Below are positions 40,400-55,263 of a stretch of 64,000 nt of DNA, piece by piece; the first letter of the stretch is position 1; each line of letters starts with the position of its first letter. The DNA is from Octopus vulgaris (taxonomy: Eukaryota): the NCBI GenBank assembly GCA_951406725.2, contig OX597826.1:66774001-66838000 (forward strand), in the 5' to 3' direction. Under the pieces are notes generated by a model. The model saw only the letters and a program-made list of their open reading frames with translations. It ran no database searches and was not told the origin of the DNA. The position numbers were made by a program, and so were the translations under genes.

Positions 40400-40580
40400 A
40401 GAATTCACGAAAAAACAAAAGACGAAGCCAGGTGATGTAGACAACAAACAGATGTATTTGTATAACTCTCGGGAATTGAAAAAGTCTTTCACGTTTCGAG
40501 CCTACGCTCTTCTGCAGAAAGGAACACAGAAAGAAAGGAGAGAAAAAAATAATGTGTGTAGTGGCTAACAATCTATCATA
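40395..40580 (-). mobile_element. Penelope-like terminal fragment with mini-hammerhead at 40486-40521
   Basis: CTTT-CTGCAGA-A-GAGC gtag GCTC-GAAACGT-G-AAAG on the minus strand; homologous to 17778-18015. Confidence 0.65.
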
Positions 40581-40655
40581 TATATATATACATTTATATA
40601 TGTACCTATATGTATATATGCATATACATGTGTGTTCGTGTGTGTGTGTGTGTAT

Positions 40656-40703
<48 letters not shown>

Positions 40704-40839
40704 GAAAGAGCTACTCTCTAGTGTAATCTAGTCATATAACTGTTTTTCTGTCTCTTTCGTTTTTGTAACACGTAAACGGCTTAATGCTCGACCTCAGACA
40801 TATTGAAATGAGCACACATACACACTTCACTGTATATAT

Positions 40840-42000
<1,161 letters not shown>

Positions 42001-42470
42001 TGTACATATATATATATGTGTGTATATAAATACATCTGTGTGTATGTATATATATCAGGAGGTTGAGTCAAACTTTTTTCGGGTTTTCACTAATGATTTT
42101 TGGCAAATTGCAACTCCGTGTTATGTCAATAATTTAATACTGCTCGGCCAATCTTAGCTAAATTATTTATTCTCCGTTTTACAGCTTTGATGATAAGTGA
42201 AGTGCTGAATTATTTTTTTAAAAATTAGACCCAGTTTACAATACATATTGAAATAAGGGATTGAGTGCAAGGTCAACGGCAAAAGTAATTAATCTGGCTG
42301 AAGGCCCAGGATCTGTGAACGAAGGTGTGAGACAAAACTCGTTCAGACATCCTCGAAGAAAAACGAAAATCAAGATGACATTATATGGTGGAAAATGAGA
42401 CGTTCCATAATATGGCTGAGCTACAGCCAAGCTGACGACAGGAGTTTAACAACATGGATCAATGTGTTAT

Positions 42471-42472
<2 letters not shown>

Positions 42473-42514
<42 letters not shown>

Positions 42515-42517
42515 GTG

Positions 42518-42554
<37 letters not shown>
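42473..42554. repeat. (CTA)n-(TAG)n palindromic microsatellite
   Basis: Centre ACTAGT at 42511-42516, arms about 40 bp, one mismatch. Confidence 0.85.
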
Positions 42555-42660
42555 GTTTGCAAGCTGGTAGAATTGACAGCTCCCCGGGCGAAATGCTTAG
42601 CGGCATTTCGTTCGTCTTTACGTCCTGAGTTCAAATTCCACCAAAGTCGACTTCGCCTTT

Positions 42661-43262
42661 CTGTTTTCCAGTTGTAAAAGTCCACGGCCACCTTCTTTTC
42701 TTGTCAGGTAAAGTTGTTCTATATCTGCGGCGAGCTGGCAGAAACGTTAGCACGCCGGGCGAAATGCATAGCTGTATTTCGTCTGCCATTACGATCCGAG
42801 TTCAAATTCCGCCGAGGTCGACTTTGCCTTTCATCCTTTCGGGGTCGATAAATTAAGTACCAGTTACGCACTGGGGTCGATGTAATCGACTTAATCCCTT
42901 TGTCTGTCCTTGTTTATCCCCTCTGTGTTTAGCTCCTTGTGGGTAGTAAAGTTGTTCTATATCTGCCTTAGGGTGGTACATTCTATACATTGTCAACAAT
43001 TTTCGTATTTTTCTGTCAAGATTACATATTTCAGCAATTGACCAGTTAATGATATTGAAACTGTAAGTCACGACTGGTATGGCTAAAGCATTGATCGCTT
43101 CCAACCTGTTTCTTGCATTCAGCTCTGTCTTGATTATTGCTCTCACTCTGCGATAACATTTTCTTCTGATTCTTTCCCTTATCAATGAATGTTTGATTGC
43201 GTTCCCTTCAAATACCCCAGGGTATTTGTAGCTCTCTGCTGGTTCTAATTCTTTTATGACAT
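42661..43262 (-). pseudogene. R4/Dong-like LINE RT-thumb fragment, split by a SINE
   Basis: LEPAESYKY.G...IRERIRRKCYRRVRAIIKTELNARNRLEAIN...HPKADIEQLY resumes after the SINE as LTRKEGGRGLLQLE (LYLxRxxGGRGL motif). Confidence 0.9.
42727..42951 (+). mobile_element. Young SINE A (long tail) with 21-bp direct repeat
   Basis: GTAAAGTTGTTCTATATCTGC at 42708-42728 and 42946-42966. A further partial SINE A lies at about 42555-42660. Confidence 0.95.
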
Positions 43263-43264
43263 TA

Positions 43265-43299
<35 letters not shown>

Positions 43300-43367
43300 G
43301 TTATTGTTGTTGTTGTTGTTATCATTATTATCATCATAATCATCATTATTATTATTATTATTATTAT

Positions 43368-43718
43368 ATGTTTGACTTTTGCTTTGTATTTGTACAAATT
43401 GACTTTAAGTCTCACCCAGAGACCTCAAGAGACAACAAGTTAGAAGTTCGTGTTGGTGTTATGCCTAGGGTGCCATATATTTGGTTTTGTACATAGTGTT
43501 GTTCTAGAGAACGTTTCAGAAACCATAACAGAATTATGAGTTTGTTTTAAAATTTGAGATTACATAGACAGTATCTTACGTAGGTTATGAGCAGTTCCCA
43601 TTACCACTATATTTTTAATTTCTGCCAATTTGCGGTTTCCTGGTATTGCGCTGGGTAGCAATCAGCCCGTTTTGCTATTATTCCTAGGGCACCTATGACA
43701 ACAGGTATTGTTTTAGTC
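43368..43718 (-). mobile_element. R4/Dong-like LINE 3' end with (TAA)n tail
   Basis: TKTIPVVIGALGII ... IVVMGTAHNLRKILSM*, then 3' UTR; tail at 43262-43367. Confidence 0.85.
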
Positions 43719-43815
43719 TTCTTCTTCTTCTTCTTCTTCTTCTTCTTCTTCTTCTTCTTCTTCTTCTTCTTCTTCTTCTTCTTCTTCTTCTTCTTCTTCT
43801 TCTTCTTCTTCTTCT

Positions 43816-44612
43816 TGTTTTTGTACAGCTTCTAATGCTGGAGATGTACTACAGTATTAGCTGTTCTCTACTAGTGAAACATTCGAGCGGTTCCAAGCAA
43901 TGTTGTGCTTTGCAAGTGCTCCGCCCTTAATACAGCCCCTATTTGTTTCATGTACATCTCAAGATTTTTATTCACTATTCCCAGGGCTCCGACAATTATT
44001 GGTACTACTACTTCCTTTTCAACGACCACAACTGCTTAACCTCTCAAGCTAACCGGTCATATCTATCGATTTTTCTTTCCACTTTATCACATACCTTGTT
44101 CTCAGCTGGGCACACTATATCTATGACCCAGCATCGTTTGCTTTCTTTCTCAATTAACTCTATGTCTGGTTTCCTATTCTCTATCTCATGATCGAACTGA
44201 ATTATAAAATCCCATAGGAACTTTGCATTATCATTTTCGATGATGCCTTCAGGTTTATGTTCGTACCACTTTTTCGCTCCGACAAATCTATACTTGTTGC
44301 AAAGTATCCAATGGACAATTCTTGCTATGTTGTCATGTCATCTATTATATTCTTTCTGGACTAGTGACGTACATTGACTGGTAATATGTCACACTGTTTC
44401 ACCATTTTGTCAGCAAATTCTGCACTTATCACTTTCTGATGTGTTGTCTACTCTGTATTAGATGTAATTAGTTCTTAATGCTTGATCTTGGGCAGCACAG
44501 ATTAGAGTCTCCGTTTCCGGTTTTAAATCACTTTTAGTCATCCATAGCCATTTTTCCTGTCTGTCTTATTTTCAATATCCCTATGAAGTTGTTCATGCAT
44601 TCTTTTCTTTAT
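43816..44612 (-). pseudogene. R4/Dong-like LINE CCHC knuckle plus restriction-like endonuclease relic, (GAA)n tail at 43718-43815
   Basis: LKPETETLICAAQDQALRTNY, CRIC..ETV*HITSQC, KWYEHKPE..LWDFII..RKPDI..IDIVCP, VPIIVGALG, LLGTAR. Confidence 0.92.
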
Positions 44613-44669
44613 CCATCTATTATTATTTTTAGTATCATCATTGTTATTATTTGCAGTAGTAGTAGTTGT

Positions 44670-44704
<35 letters not shown>

Positions 44705-45139
44705 TAGCAGCAGCAGCAGTACCAGCAGCAGCAGCAGCATGGTCTCTCTTCGGCTTGTGATTGCTACATCAAGTCACATTTCCAAAAAGGCATGTCGTTT
44801 TGCAATCCAAAACCCGGAGTTAACTAGAAAATATTCAATGAACAAAAAAAAAAAAAAAAGAGACGTCGAATCGAAACATTTAAATCACAAAGACGCGCAA
44901 CAGAAAATGTCGACTATATCATATCATTTATCTCAGGATAAAGATATTACACAGCTTATCAGCAGTTTTGCTACAAAATATCATTAAAGTGCTCACTTCA
45001 CATAAAACCACCATGTTGCTACTGAAACAACATACAATGCCTTCCACGATAAAGACCGTCTTGGAATAAATATAGAGAAAAATAGAGAACATCTGTAATA
45101 TTGAATATATTCATACATATCAATGAAAAGTGTGTTATC

Positions 45140-45225
45140 TTTCTCTTTCATCTTTTACATTCTTCAGTCATTCGACTGCGGCATTGTCAGGGCAATGATT
45201 TAGTCGAATAAATCGACCTCAGCCC

Positions 45226-45274
<49 letters not shown>

Positions 45275-45582
45275 TATTATTATTGTTGTTGTTGTTGGTG
45301 GTGTTAAATTCTTGGACTTACTCTATTGTTTGCTTTCGCTGAACCGCAAAAGGTAGTGGTGGGGTCTAAACAAGCCAACACCGGTTGTTATGCGGTGGTG
45401 GACACCACAAGAATAGACACAAAGACATACACACACAAACATGCTTTATAAGACTGGTACTTATTCTATCGATCTCTTTGCAGAACCGCTAAGTTACAGG
45501 AACGTAAAAACGCACCAACATCGGTTGTCAAGTGATGGTGGGGGCACAAATACAGACACACAAATACACACAAATACACACA

Positions 45583-45641
<59 letters not shown>

Positions 45642-45805
45642 GACGGGCTTCTTTAGGTTTCCATCTACCAAATCCATTCACAAGGCTTTGATCGGCCAGA
45701 GGCTATAGTAGAAGACACTTGCCCAAGGTACCACGCAGTGGGACTGAACCCGAAACGATGTGGTTGGGAAGCAAGCTTTTTACCACACAGCCACTCCTAC
45801 GCCTA
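45140..45805 (-). mobile_element. SINE B pieces (diverged 3' part about 45140-45430; copy about 45450-45805)
   Basis: GAACCGCTAAGTTAC, GAAGACACTTGCCCAAGG and CCACACAGCCACTCCTACGCC. Confidence 0.88.
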
Positions 45806-45924
45806 TATGTGTGTGTATGTGCGTGTGTGTGTGTGTGTGTGTATACAGGTATGTTGATGCAAACAGCAAAATAGAACTCAAAATACGAGTATTTGTATAC
45901 TTTTATTAATATTTAGCAGAAATA

Positions 45925-46255
45925 AGGCTCAGTGGTTATATCTTCGAGCTTACGATCGTGTGGTTGTGAGTTCGATTTCCGGACCGGACTGCATGTAGTG
46001 TTCTTGAGCAAGACACTTTATTATCACGTTGCTCCAGTTCACTCAGCTGTAGAAATGAGTTACGACATCACTGGTGCCAAGTTGTATCGGCCCCTTTGCC
46101 TTTCCCTTGGATAACATCAGTGGTGTGGAGAGAGGAAGCTGGTATGCATGTGCGACTGCTGGCCTTCCATAAACAATCTTGCCCGGACTTGTGCCTCGGC
46201 GGGTAACTTACTAGGCGCAATCCCATGGTCATTCATGACCGAAGCGGGTCTCCCC
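45925..46255 (+). mobile_element. SINE family D
   Basis: GGCTCAGTGGTTA A box and GAGTTCGATTTCC B box; aligns with 11292-11631. Confidence 0.88.
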
Positions 46256-46942
46256 CAGCAGAAATAATAGATTCGTGCGTTGGTACTTAACAAACTAGCC
46301 ACTGGTCGAAGACCTATATATACATATATATGCATATCAGTCTTAACCAATCGAAGGTCCCGCATTATGGAAATGAGTCCGTAAGCGCGTGATTGCAAAG
46401 CGAAATTCTTAATCACTCAACCATGCCTGCACCTTAGTGGAACACTGCCTAAAAAATTCATCCGAGTGCAAACATGTCCGATATTGTTATTTGGGACTAA
46501 CAAAAAAATTCACATGCTTAGAAGCAAGTTAATTGCACTCCAGGTGTGAAAATTCCTTTCCAAAGGGAAAAAAAAATCTTTACAGTGAATAAGCTCGAAG
46601 CATATTTTCCTAACCAAAACTATTTATTATAAACTATTATAATTACAAATTAGCAATCTCGAAAAGCCGTGATTTGTATGTAAAGGAAGTGACACATGAT
46701 CCAGCAGATGAGAAATAAAATCTGTAAGCAGAACAGTAAAGATATGATAGCTATTTCTAAAGTCGAATATGTAACCCATCTTGTGTTTCTAATCCAAAGG
46801 GCAGCCCACGCTGGAGCTCTGCTTCTCTGATTTTTTTTTTGTTAGAAGCCAACATCTTGATGGTAGGAAGAATTGACAGAAATGAAAAAGTAAACATACA
46901 TTTACGCACAATAGTTAGTACACAATCCCACATATATCAATT

Positions 46943-47260
46943 ATGTGTGTGTGTGTGTATGTGTGTGTTTGTGCATGAGCGTGTGTGTGTGAGTGTGTGT
47001 GTATGATCGTGTATGTGTGTGTGTATGAGTGCGTGTGTGTGAGTGCTTGTGTGTATAAGCGTGTGCGTGTGAATGCATGAGAGTGTGTGTGTGAGTGTGT
47101 GTGTATGATCGTGTGTGTGTGAGAGAGTGTGAGTGTGTGTATGAGCGTGTGTTTGTGTGTGAGTGTGTGTGTATAAGCGTGTATGTGTGTGAGTGTGTAT
47201 GAGCGTGTGTGTATGAGTGTGTGTACGTGCGTGTGTACTTGTGCGTATATGTGTGTGTAC
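46943..47260. repeat. (GT)n-derived higher-order repeat
   Basis: Recurrent GTGTGTATGA(G/T)CGTGTG and GTGAGTGTG modules. Confidence 0.8.
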
Positions 47261-47854
47261 ATAAATGTGATATACAGGCATACATCCATACATAGAGAAA
47301 TGTGTGCACACACATGTGTATATGTGTTTGTTTTCATAATATATGTGCTAAATAAGCCGTCAGATCAAATTGAAGTCAGAGTCAATACGGATTTTATTAT
47401 AAATTTATTACTACTCTCATCACGAATTACTTCATCTAATAACGTTCCTCACTTTTAAAACACGTATACACATACACACATACACTCACGGATTCTGTTA
47501 CCAGATTATAAATTCACATTTACAACATTAATAACTGCTCTGCTTGGTTTCATGCGCAATTGCCTAACCGATAACCCGGGAAAATGCTAGAGATTTCAGA
47601 ATAAGAAATTCAACCAACTAACACGTACATAACAAGTAAAACTTGTAAGGGGGACAATATAAATATGCGAGACATTTCTGAAGTTTAAAAATATATTACA
47701 ATACTTTTTTTATTCACATTCCTAAGATGGAATTTATGTCATTGCTAGAACTCAGCTCCTTCTTTACCATAAAACTGCAAATAAAGACTAGATGGAAACA
47801 TTAATTGACGTACACACACATAGATACACACACACGACGCACATATATTCTGTG

Positions 47855-48237
47855 TGCGCGGGTGTGTAGTATGAAGCTTGCTTCCCAACCACATGGTTCT
47901 GGGTTCAGTCCCGCTGCGTAGCATCTTGGGCGGGTGTCTTCTAGTATAGTCTCGAGTCGACCAAAGCCTTGTGAGTGGATTTGGCAGACGGAAACTGAAA
48001 AAAGCCTGTCGTATGTGTGTGTATTTCTGTGTTTGTGTTTGTCCCCACCATCACTTGACAACTGATGTTGGTGAGGTTTCGTCATCGTAACTTAGCGGTT
48101 CGGCAAAAGTGATCGATAGAATAATTACTAGGATTACACAGAATAAATCTTGGGGTCGATTTGTTCGACTAAAGGCGGTGCTCCAGCATGGCCGCAGTCA
48201 AATGACTGAAACAAGTAGAAATATATGAATAAAAGAA
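47855..48237 (+). mobile_element. SINE B, near full length
   Basis: Collinear with 14299-14714. Confidence 0.92.
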
Positions 48238-48257
48238 TGTATATATATATATACCAT

Positions 48258-48324
<67 letters not shown>

Positions 48325-48683
48325 TCGTCTTCATTTAAACTAATTTTAGTAAATGTGTCCATGTCGAAATTTCTGTTCGTGCTCCTGTTTGTACGCGTGT
48401 ATATAGCGTTCGCTAACTTTTGGTTGGTTGTGTACATATAAGACTTTTCAAAGGTCTCACGAGCTTGTGTGTGAACATGCACGCGTGCCCATCAGCATGC
48501 TTGCTTCACTGTGTGACTGTGTGGGCGTACGTGCGAGGCAGGTGTCAGCATTTGCATGTGAAAGGCAGAAAATGTTTGCATATATATATACATCTATACA
48601 TATATATATATATACATGTCATATATATATATATATGTATAGATGTATATATATATGTATATATATATATATACATACATACT

Positions 48684-48748
<65 letters not shown>

Positions 48749-49005
48749 GTATGTATTTGCATCATGCATACGTGTGTTTATAAAGGTATCGGGTTTGGTT
48801 TGGTAGATGTAAGCATTTGTTTGAAAGGCAAAAAGAAAAGACAAAATGTGTGTGTGTATGTGTATTTATAAATGTGTGTGCCTTTGCATGCATGAGTATG
48901 TGTGAGTGCGTTTTATACGAGATAAAGAAAGAGAATTTGTAACTATATGGATGCGCGTGTGTGTATATATATGTGTGTATGTATATATGTTTAAGTATAT
49001 GTATG

Positions 49006-49059
<54 letters not shown>

Positions 49060-49369
49060 CATACATATATAGAAATATATATATATATCTACATATATAT
49101 ATATATCTACATATATATATATGTGTGTGTGTATGTGTGTGTATTCTACATATATGCATACGTATGATTATACTTGCGCGTGTGTTCCCTGATCTTTCAA
49201 TTGTAATGTAAGGGCAGTGATATGGCTTTCCATTCCACACCTAAACATCAAAGACATTTAGGATATTCAAGGCATTTCTGGAAGCAATTTCTTCAAATGA
49301 TTGGAACCACTCTTCGAAAACAACATATGGAAACAGATCGTTACAACAGCAGCAAAATAGCATGAACAT

Positions 49370-49441
<72 letters not shown>

Positions 49442-49623
49442 TATACATATGTCTCTCTATATATGCATATGTGTGTGTGTGTGTGTGTGTGTGCGTGCGT
49501 TTGCATGTGCAGATGGACGCTTGATAACATCCTTAGATTGAAACCGAACACTGTGTTACGAAATGAAACATACATAGGCATCCGTACTTATATATGTATA
49601 TATACATATATATGTATATATAC

Positions 49624-49691
<68 letters not shown>

Positions 49692-50124
49692 ATACATATT
49701 TATATACGTATATATATGTATACATGTTTGTATAAATACATATGTATATATATATATATATATGTATGAATATATATATATATAAATATGCATTTATACT
49801 TGTGTGTATACATATATATATTTATGCATGTCTATGCATATTGTTATGCGCTTTCACATATATAAGCATATGTGAATGTTCTCATACATACCGACACATC
49901 AGTACACCCACTGACAAATCGACTCATCTCGCGCACGTGACCTGTGACATAGATATAGTCACAAACTTACTCAGATATACGAATTTGTATTCAGTATACT
50001 TTTTCTGTTCAGATTGCATATTATAAGCTGAACTCATCCTACTGAACTAAATTTACCATTTTCTTCCCTTTATACGTCATTTGAAAGATCGATATTCAGC
50101 ATTCTATGCGTTATGCTAATATAT

Positions 50125-50522
50125 TGGTAGAAACGTTAGCACTCCGGGCGAAATGCTTAGTGGTATCTCGTCTGCCGCTACGTTCTGAGTTCAAATTTCG
50201 CCGAGGTCAACTTTGCCTTTCATCCTTTCGAGGTCGATAAATTAAGTACCAATTACGCACTGGGGTCGATGTAATCGACTTAATCCGTTTGTCTGTCCTT
50301 GTTTGTCCCCTCTACGTTTGTCCCCTCTACTGCCCCCTTGTGGGCAGTAAAGAAATAGGCATTAAGACTGCCGTTGCGTTCTGAGTTCAGATTCTGCCGA
50401 GGTCGACTTTCCCTTTCATCCTTTCAGGGTCGATAGATTAAGCACCAGTTGCGTACTGGGGTCGATCTAATCAACTGGCCCCTCCCCTCCAAATATCGGG
50501 CCTTGTGCCTAGAGTAGAAAAT
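50125..50522 (+). mobile_element. SINE A dimer (long-tail unit followed by short-tail unit)
   Basis: Junction AAAGAAATA|GGCATT at 50357/50358. Confidence 0.9.
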
Positions 50523-50529
50523 AATTTAT

Positions 50530-51082
50530 TTGTTTCATGCATTAGATTGCGACCATGCTGCAGCACTGCCTCGAAAAATTTGTAGTTGAATTAATCGACC
50601 CCAGTACAGCATTTATGACAAATAAGGCTCTGTGCTACTTGGACAGGGCGCCGTTGACTAGAGGTCCCTTACAGTGCCTTGTGCTTAAGCACCCCTAAGC
50701 ACATTGGTAAATGCGGCACCGGTGGTCCCCAGTGATTATTTCGTTTTTCAAGCCTAACACTTATGCTATCGGTCGCTTTTGCCGAACCGCTAATTTACGG
50801 GGGACTTAAGCACATCAACATTTGTTGTCAAGTATTGGTAGGGGTCAAACACAGACACAAAGAAACACGAACATACACACACACACACACGCGCGCGCAC
50901 ATACACAGGAGCGCGCACTCAAACACATATGAGCTTTTTTTACTTTTCGTCTACCAAATCCGCACACAAGGAATCGGTCGGCCCGAGGCTATAGTAGAAG
51001 ACACTTCCCCAAGGGGGCACTCAGTGGGGATGAACCCGAAACCATGTGGTTGGGAAGCAAGCTTCTAACCTCACGACCACAT
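50530..51082 (-). mobile_element. SINE B interrupted by an insert of about 120 bp (50602-50721), possibly a hAT MITE
   Basis: SINE B motifs on both sides; insert ends CAGTACAGCATTTA and TAAATGCGGCACCG are imperfect inverted repeats. Confidence 0.7.
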
Positions 51083-51278
51083 TTTTACATATATTGTTGA
51101 CCAGCATGATTTATCGAATAAATGTAAATAGAGATGTGATGTATGGAATCTATATACGATAACAATGCCTGATGTAGATTTAATTTATCTAATGAAAAAT
51201 CATGAAAGAGGGTAATTAGAAATTATTTTGCAGACATATTTTGCAATATCAAATTTCGCAGCGAAGCAACGCACGCAC

Positions 51279-51354
<76 letters not shown>

Positions 51355-51626
51355 CACACACAACACACAACACACACACGCACGCACACACACAACACAC
51401 ACAACACACACAACACAACACAACACACACACACAACACAACACATACACATACACACATAAACACACACAAGTGTGTAAGTAGACACATATGTATGTAC
51501 GTATTCTTGCTTGTATCTATAAGTATGTATGTGTGCATATATATATATATATATGTATATATGTAATACCTATATATATGGTATCAGCATATGATATATA
51601 TTATATAACATATATACATATATAAA

Positions 51627-51667
<41 letters not shown>

Positions 51668-51726
51668 ATCTATGTATGTATATGTATATATATATATATA
51701 TGTATATATACGTGTATATCTCTGAA

Positions 51727-51799
<73 letters not shown>

Positions 51800-51802
<3 letters not shown>

Positions 51803-52435
51803 ATGACGTTCTGCGAATGATCAACAAATTTGTATCCGTAAGCAATATTAGAAACAAGCAAGAAGATAATGGATTATCTCTCTCTCTCTCCCCTCCGATA
51901 AATATACTGTTAAGCGGGATGCAGTGTTCTACTATCAAGAACAAACATCTACCTGATATCAATGAAAAAGAAAATATTCCCCGACAATAACTACCAACTG
52001 CCTTAAACATATTAAGAGTAGGAATAGAATATTGTGTTACACAACATATAACATTGCAGTAAAATTCAGAGCTGCAAAACATTTTCTCTCCTTGATCAGA
52101 ATATATTTCCCGAACGGCCACATATTCCATCAGCTATTGCTATTCAACAAGAATAACATAAAGTCAAGCTGTAGCTGCACACAGAACATGTCAAATATCA
52201 TTAAGAGTTACAATGCATAAATATTGCAAATAAACTAAGTGTGTAGCTGACATGCAATTGCCGAAATATATATCTCTTCTCGAAGGTAATTTCTCCGGGA
52301 AAAAAAAAACTATAAAAAAAAAAATACAAAAACAAATACAAGTGTTATATTCTGTGTTGATGATCACGCTAATAATTCACAAACAATCTACAAGAGACCG
52401 ACATAATAGTCATTCAAAATATTTTTGCACCAACA
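51800..52435 (+). pseudogene. Penelope-like element ORF relic (RT-endonuclease linker and start of GIY-YIG)
   Basis: YNIAVKFRAAKHFLSLIRIYFPNGHIFHQLLLFNKNNIKSSCSCTQNMSNIIKSYNA*IL...TCNCRN matches the FLxLIxxHFPxxHxLHKIFNxNNVKxSYSCxxNM...CNCR pattern. Confidence 0.85.
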
Positions 52436-53216
52436 TTGCGTATCGTTGCATTACGGTTACATCGAGATGATTGCAGCACATTTGAAATGGCAGTGATAAT
52501 GGTAGGCTCACGCAGTCAGAGAAAAAACGGTTCTTCAATTTCTTGCTGCCCATCCTGCACAAATGATTTGTTTGTAATGATTAAATGTATTTGTTGTACA
52601 TTAGCTTATGCTCTCCATCTAATAGATGCTGTCTGAACAGGAGCACGGCGTACCACTCGTCAGGTTTCGATGTGATCGCAGTGCAATGTTAGATAAAGTG
52701 TTTTACTCAACACACTACCCGGTCCCGGAGTTGAAATTACGATCTCTCGATCGCGAGGGGGATACACATTCTACTAGACCACGTGATCCCACATGTTTGA
52801 TACAGATAAATGAGAAAACTACCAGCATTATGTGGACCCATTCAATCATAGAAAAAGAAGAAGAAAACCGAACTTAGTTCGGACTTTTGGGAGATACCTT
52901 CAGCTTCTTTCTTATAAACGTTGATACTGATCTGACTGGCTCATAATGGATGGCTAATAATATCACTAATCCGATTGTTCCGAAATATAGCAGACATGAT
53001 TTAAATAGTTTTAGTTATTTTCAGGCCGTTTATGTACGCAGCCGACCAAATTAGTAACGGAACAAAACTTGTGTACAGATGCGATGTAATCATGTTTCTT
53101 CACACGTGACAAAAACACATGACATAACGCATCTCAATCAACGATGGTTAATGGAGCACTTTAATATTTTATGGTAATGTAATGTTAAAATAAAAAAAAA
53201 CAATACCTACATATGA

Positions 53217-53346
<130 letters not shown>

Positions 53347-53383
53347 TATATATATATATTTATATATATATACATATATATAA

Positions 53384-53416
<33 letters not shown>

Positions 53417-53429
53417 CATATATATATAT

Positions 53430-53489
<60 letters not shown>

Positions 53490-53492
<3 letters not shown>

Positions 53493-53593
53493 TGGGTTGG
53501 TTCATAATTAATGATGTTTTATAATTTAATTTACAACAGTTTTATTATAAATTTATAATATAAAACTGTCGTTAATGAAGCAGCAACCCAATA
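53490..53593. mobile_element. Mariner-derived mini-MITE, about 100 bp (MADE-like)
   Basis: TA-TTGGGTTG ... CAACCCAA-TA; the inverted similarity extends about 25 bp (ATTAA(T/C)GA). Confidence 0.7.
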
Positions 53594-53657
53594 TAGCTGT
53601 GATACACATATAAATGGGTGCACGCACACACTCATACACACACACACACAGACACAC

Positions 53658-53705
<48 letters not shown>

Positions 53706-53714
53706 TGAATTTAT

Positions 53715-54156
53715 GTCATTATTCAGTTTTATTTCAAGATTTCTTGCCAATAGAGAAAGAGCCGGTTTCTAACCTAAATCCAAGGCTCTTTCATTGAAAT
53801 TTCAACAACATCAACAGGCTATGTATGTATGTATGGAATTGTACAAATTTGTATGTCTTGTTTTATCTGTGTATTCTCATGCATGTAGTTGCATATCTAG
53901 ACATGTTCACATATATTTAAATGCTAAATTTCTAGAAAGTTTTACAGATTTTTACAGTTCCAGTGATAGACTGCATCTGTTGTCTTCGAATAAGCTTTCT
54001 CCTTTCTGATTTTGTGAAGCCTAATTTCTCATGATTGGTATTTAAGCAGTGCGTTACATATCCAATTGCTCCAATAATCACAGGTATAAACCTGAAATTG
54101 TGATCTGGATAAAGTAGTTGTAGATTCCTCAATAGTTCAACGTAGGTACTTTCTGG
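53715..54156 (-). mobile_element. R4/Dong-like (REL endonuclease) LINE 3' end
   Basis: YVELLRNLQLLYPDHNFRFIPVIIGAIGYV...QSITGTVKICKTF, then a 3' UTR ending AATAAAACTGAATAATGAC; CATA-type repeats on the flanks. Confidence 0.8.
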
Positions 54157-54235
54157 TATGTATGTAATATATGTTTGTTTGGTATGGTATGGTATGTATG
54201 GTATGGTATGGTTGGTATGTATGTATGTATGTATA

Positions 54236-54459
54236 CTACCCACAAGTATGTACACAGAGGGAACAAACAAGGACAGTATGTATGTATGTAAGTCGTATAT
54301 ATATCGACCCAGTGCGAAACTGGTACTTTATATTATCGACCCCGAGTGTGATGAAAGGCAAAGTCGACCTCGGCGGAATTTGAACTCAGAACGTATACGG
54401 CAGACGAAATACGGCTACGCATTTCGCCCGCACGCTAACGTTTCTGCCAGTTTACCGCC
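54236..54459 (-). mobile_element. SINE A (long tail, partly replaced by TATG repeats)
   Basis: AAAGTCGACCTCGGCGGAATTTGAACTCAGAACG core. Confidence 0.88.
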
Positions 54460-55058
54460 TGTATATATATATATATACATGCATGAATGTATGTATATAT
54501 ATATGTGCTTCTCTGTATGTATGCATGTATGTATGTATGCATGTATGTATGTATGAATGAATGTATGTACGTATGCATGCGTGCATGTGTGTATAAACCT
54601 TTCCAGAGGCTTGATAGTTTGAGTACTTGTATCCTAGGATCACACTTGGATTTATCGAAGAATACATAAGCATCAGGTTGACTAAATATTGTGTAAACTA
54701 CTGTACAAGGCTACAACTTTGTTACAAAACTGCCAATAAACGCATCCAACTCAGTAAGCTTTCAACACCTCTTTCTTTCATGTTACAAAATTGCATAAAA
54801 CCCTTATTCAATACAAACCCACTTGAATATGAACGAAAGGCTGTGTCATCAGGCGATAAAAAAAATCAATACCCGCAAAATTAGAATGGAAACTTCCTAG
54901 AATTTCACCGCGTGTGACCAATGTCTGGTGGTTAATAAAAATTTCTAGGCTGCTCAGTTTTCTGCAATGATTGTTTATTGTGGACAGAGCCTGGAATATT
55001 CTGGACAGTGGGTCAGTCTTGCTCAGAGCATGACTTGGAATTTAAAGGTGAAGATAGA

Positions 55059-55225
55059 GGCGTAGGCGTAGGAGTGGCTGTGTGGTAAGTAGCTTGCTTA
55101 CGAACCACATGGTTCCGGGTTCAGTCCCACTCCGTGGCACCTTGGGCAAGTGTCTTCTACTATAGCCTCGGGCCGACCAAAGCCTTGTGAGTGGATTTGT
55201 TAGACAGAAACTGAAAGAAGCACGT

Positions 55226-55263
<38 letters not shown>

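Noticed and set aside
51350-51445. Novel CAACACA-type repeat
   Set aside because: Looks like (CA)n with single-base indels, either slippage or read error.
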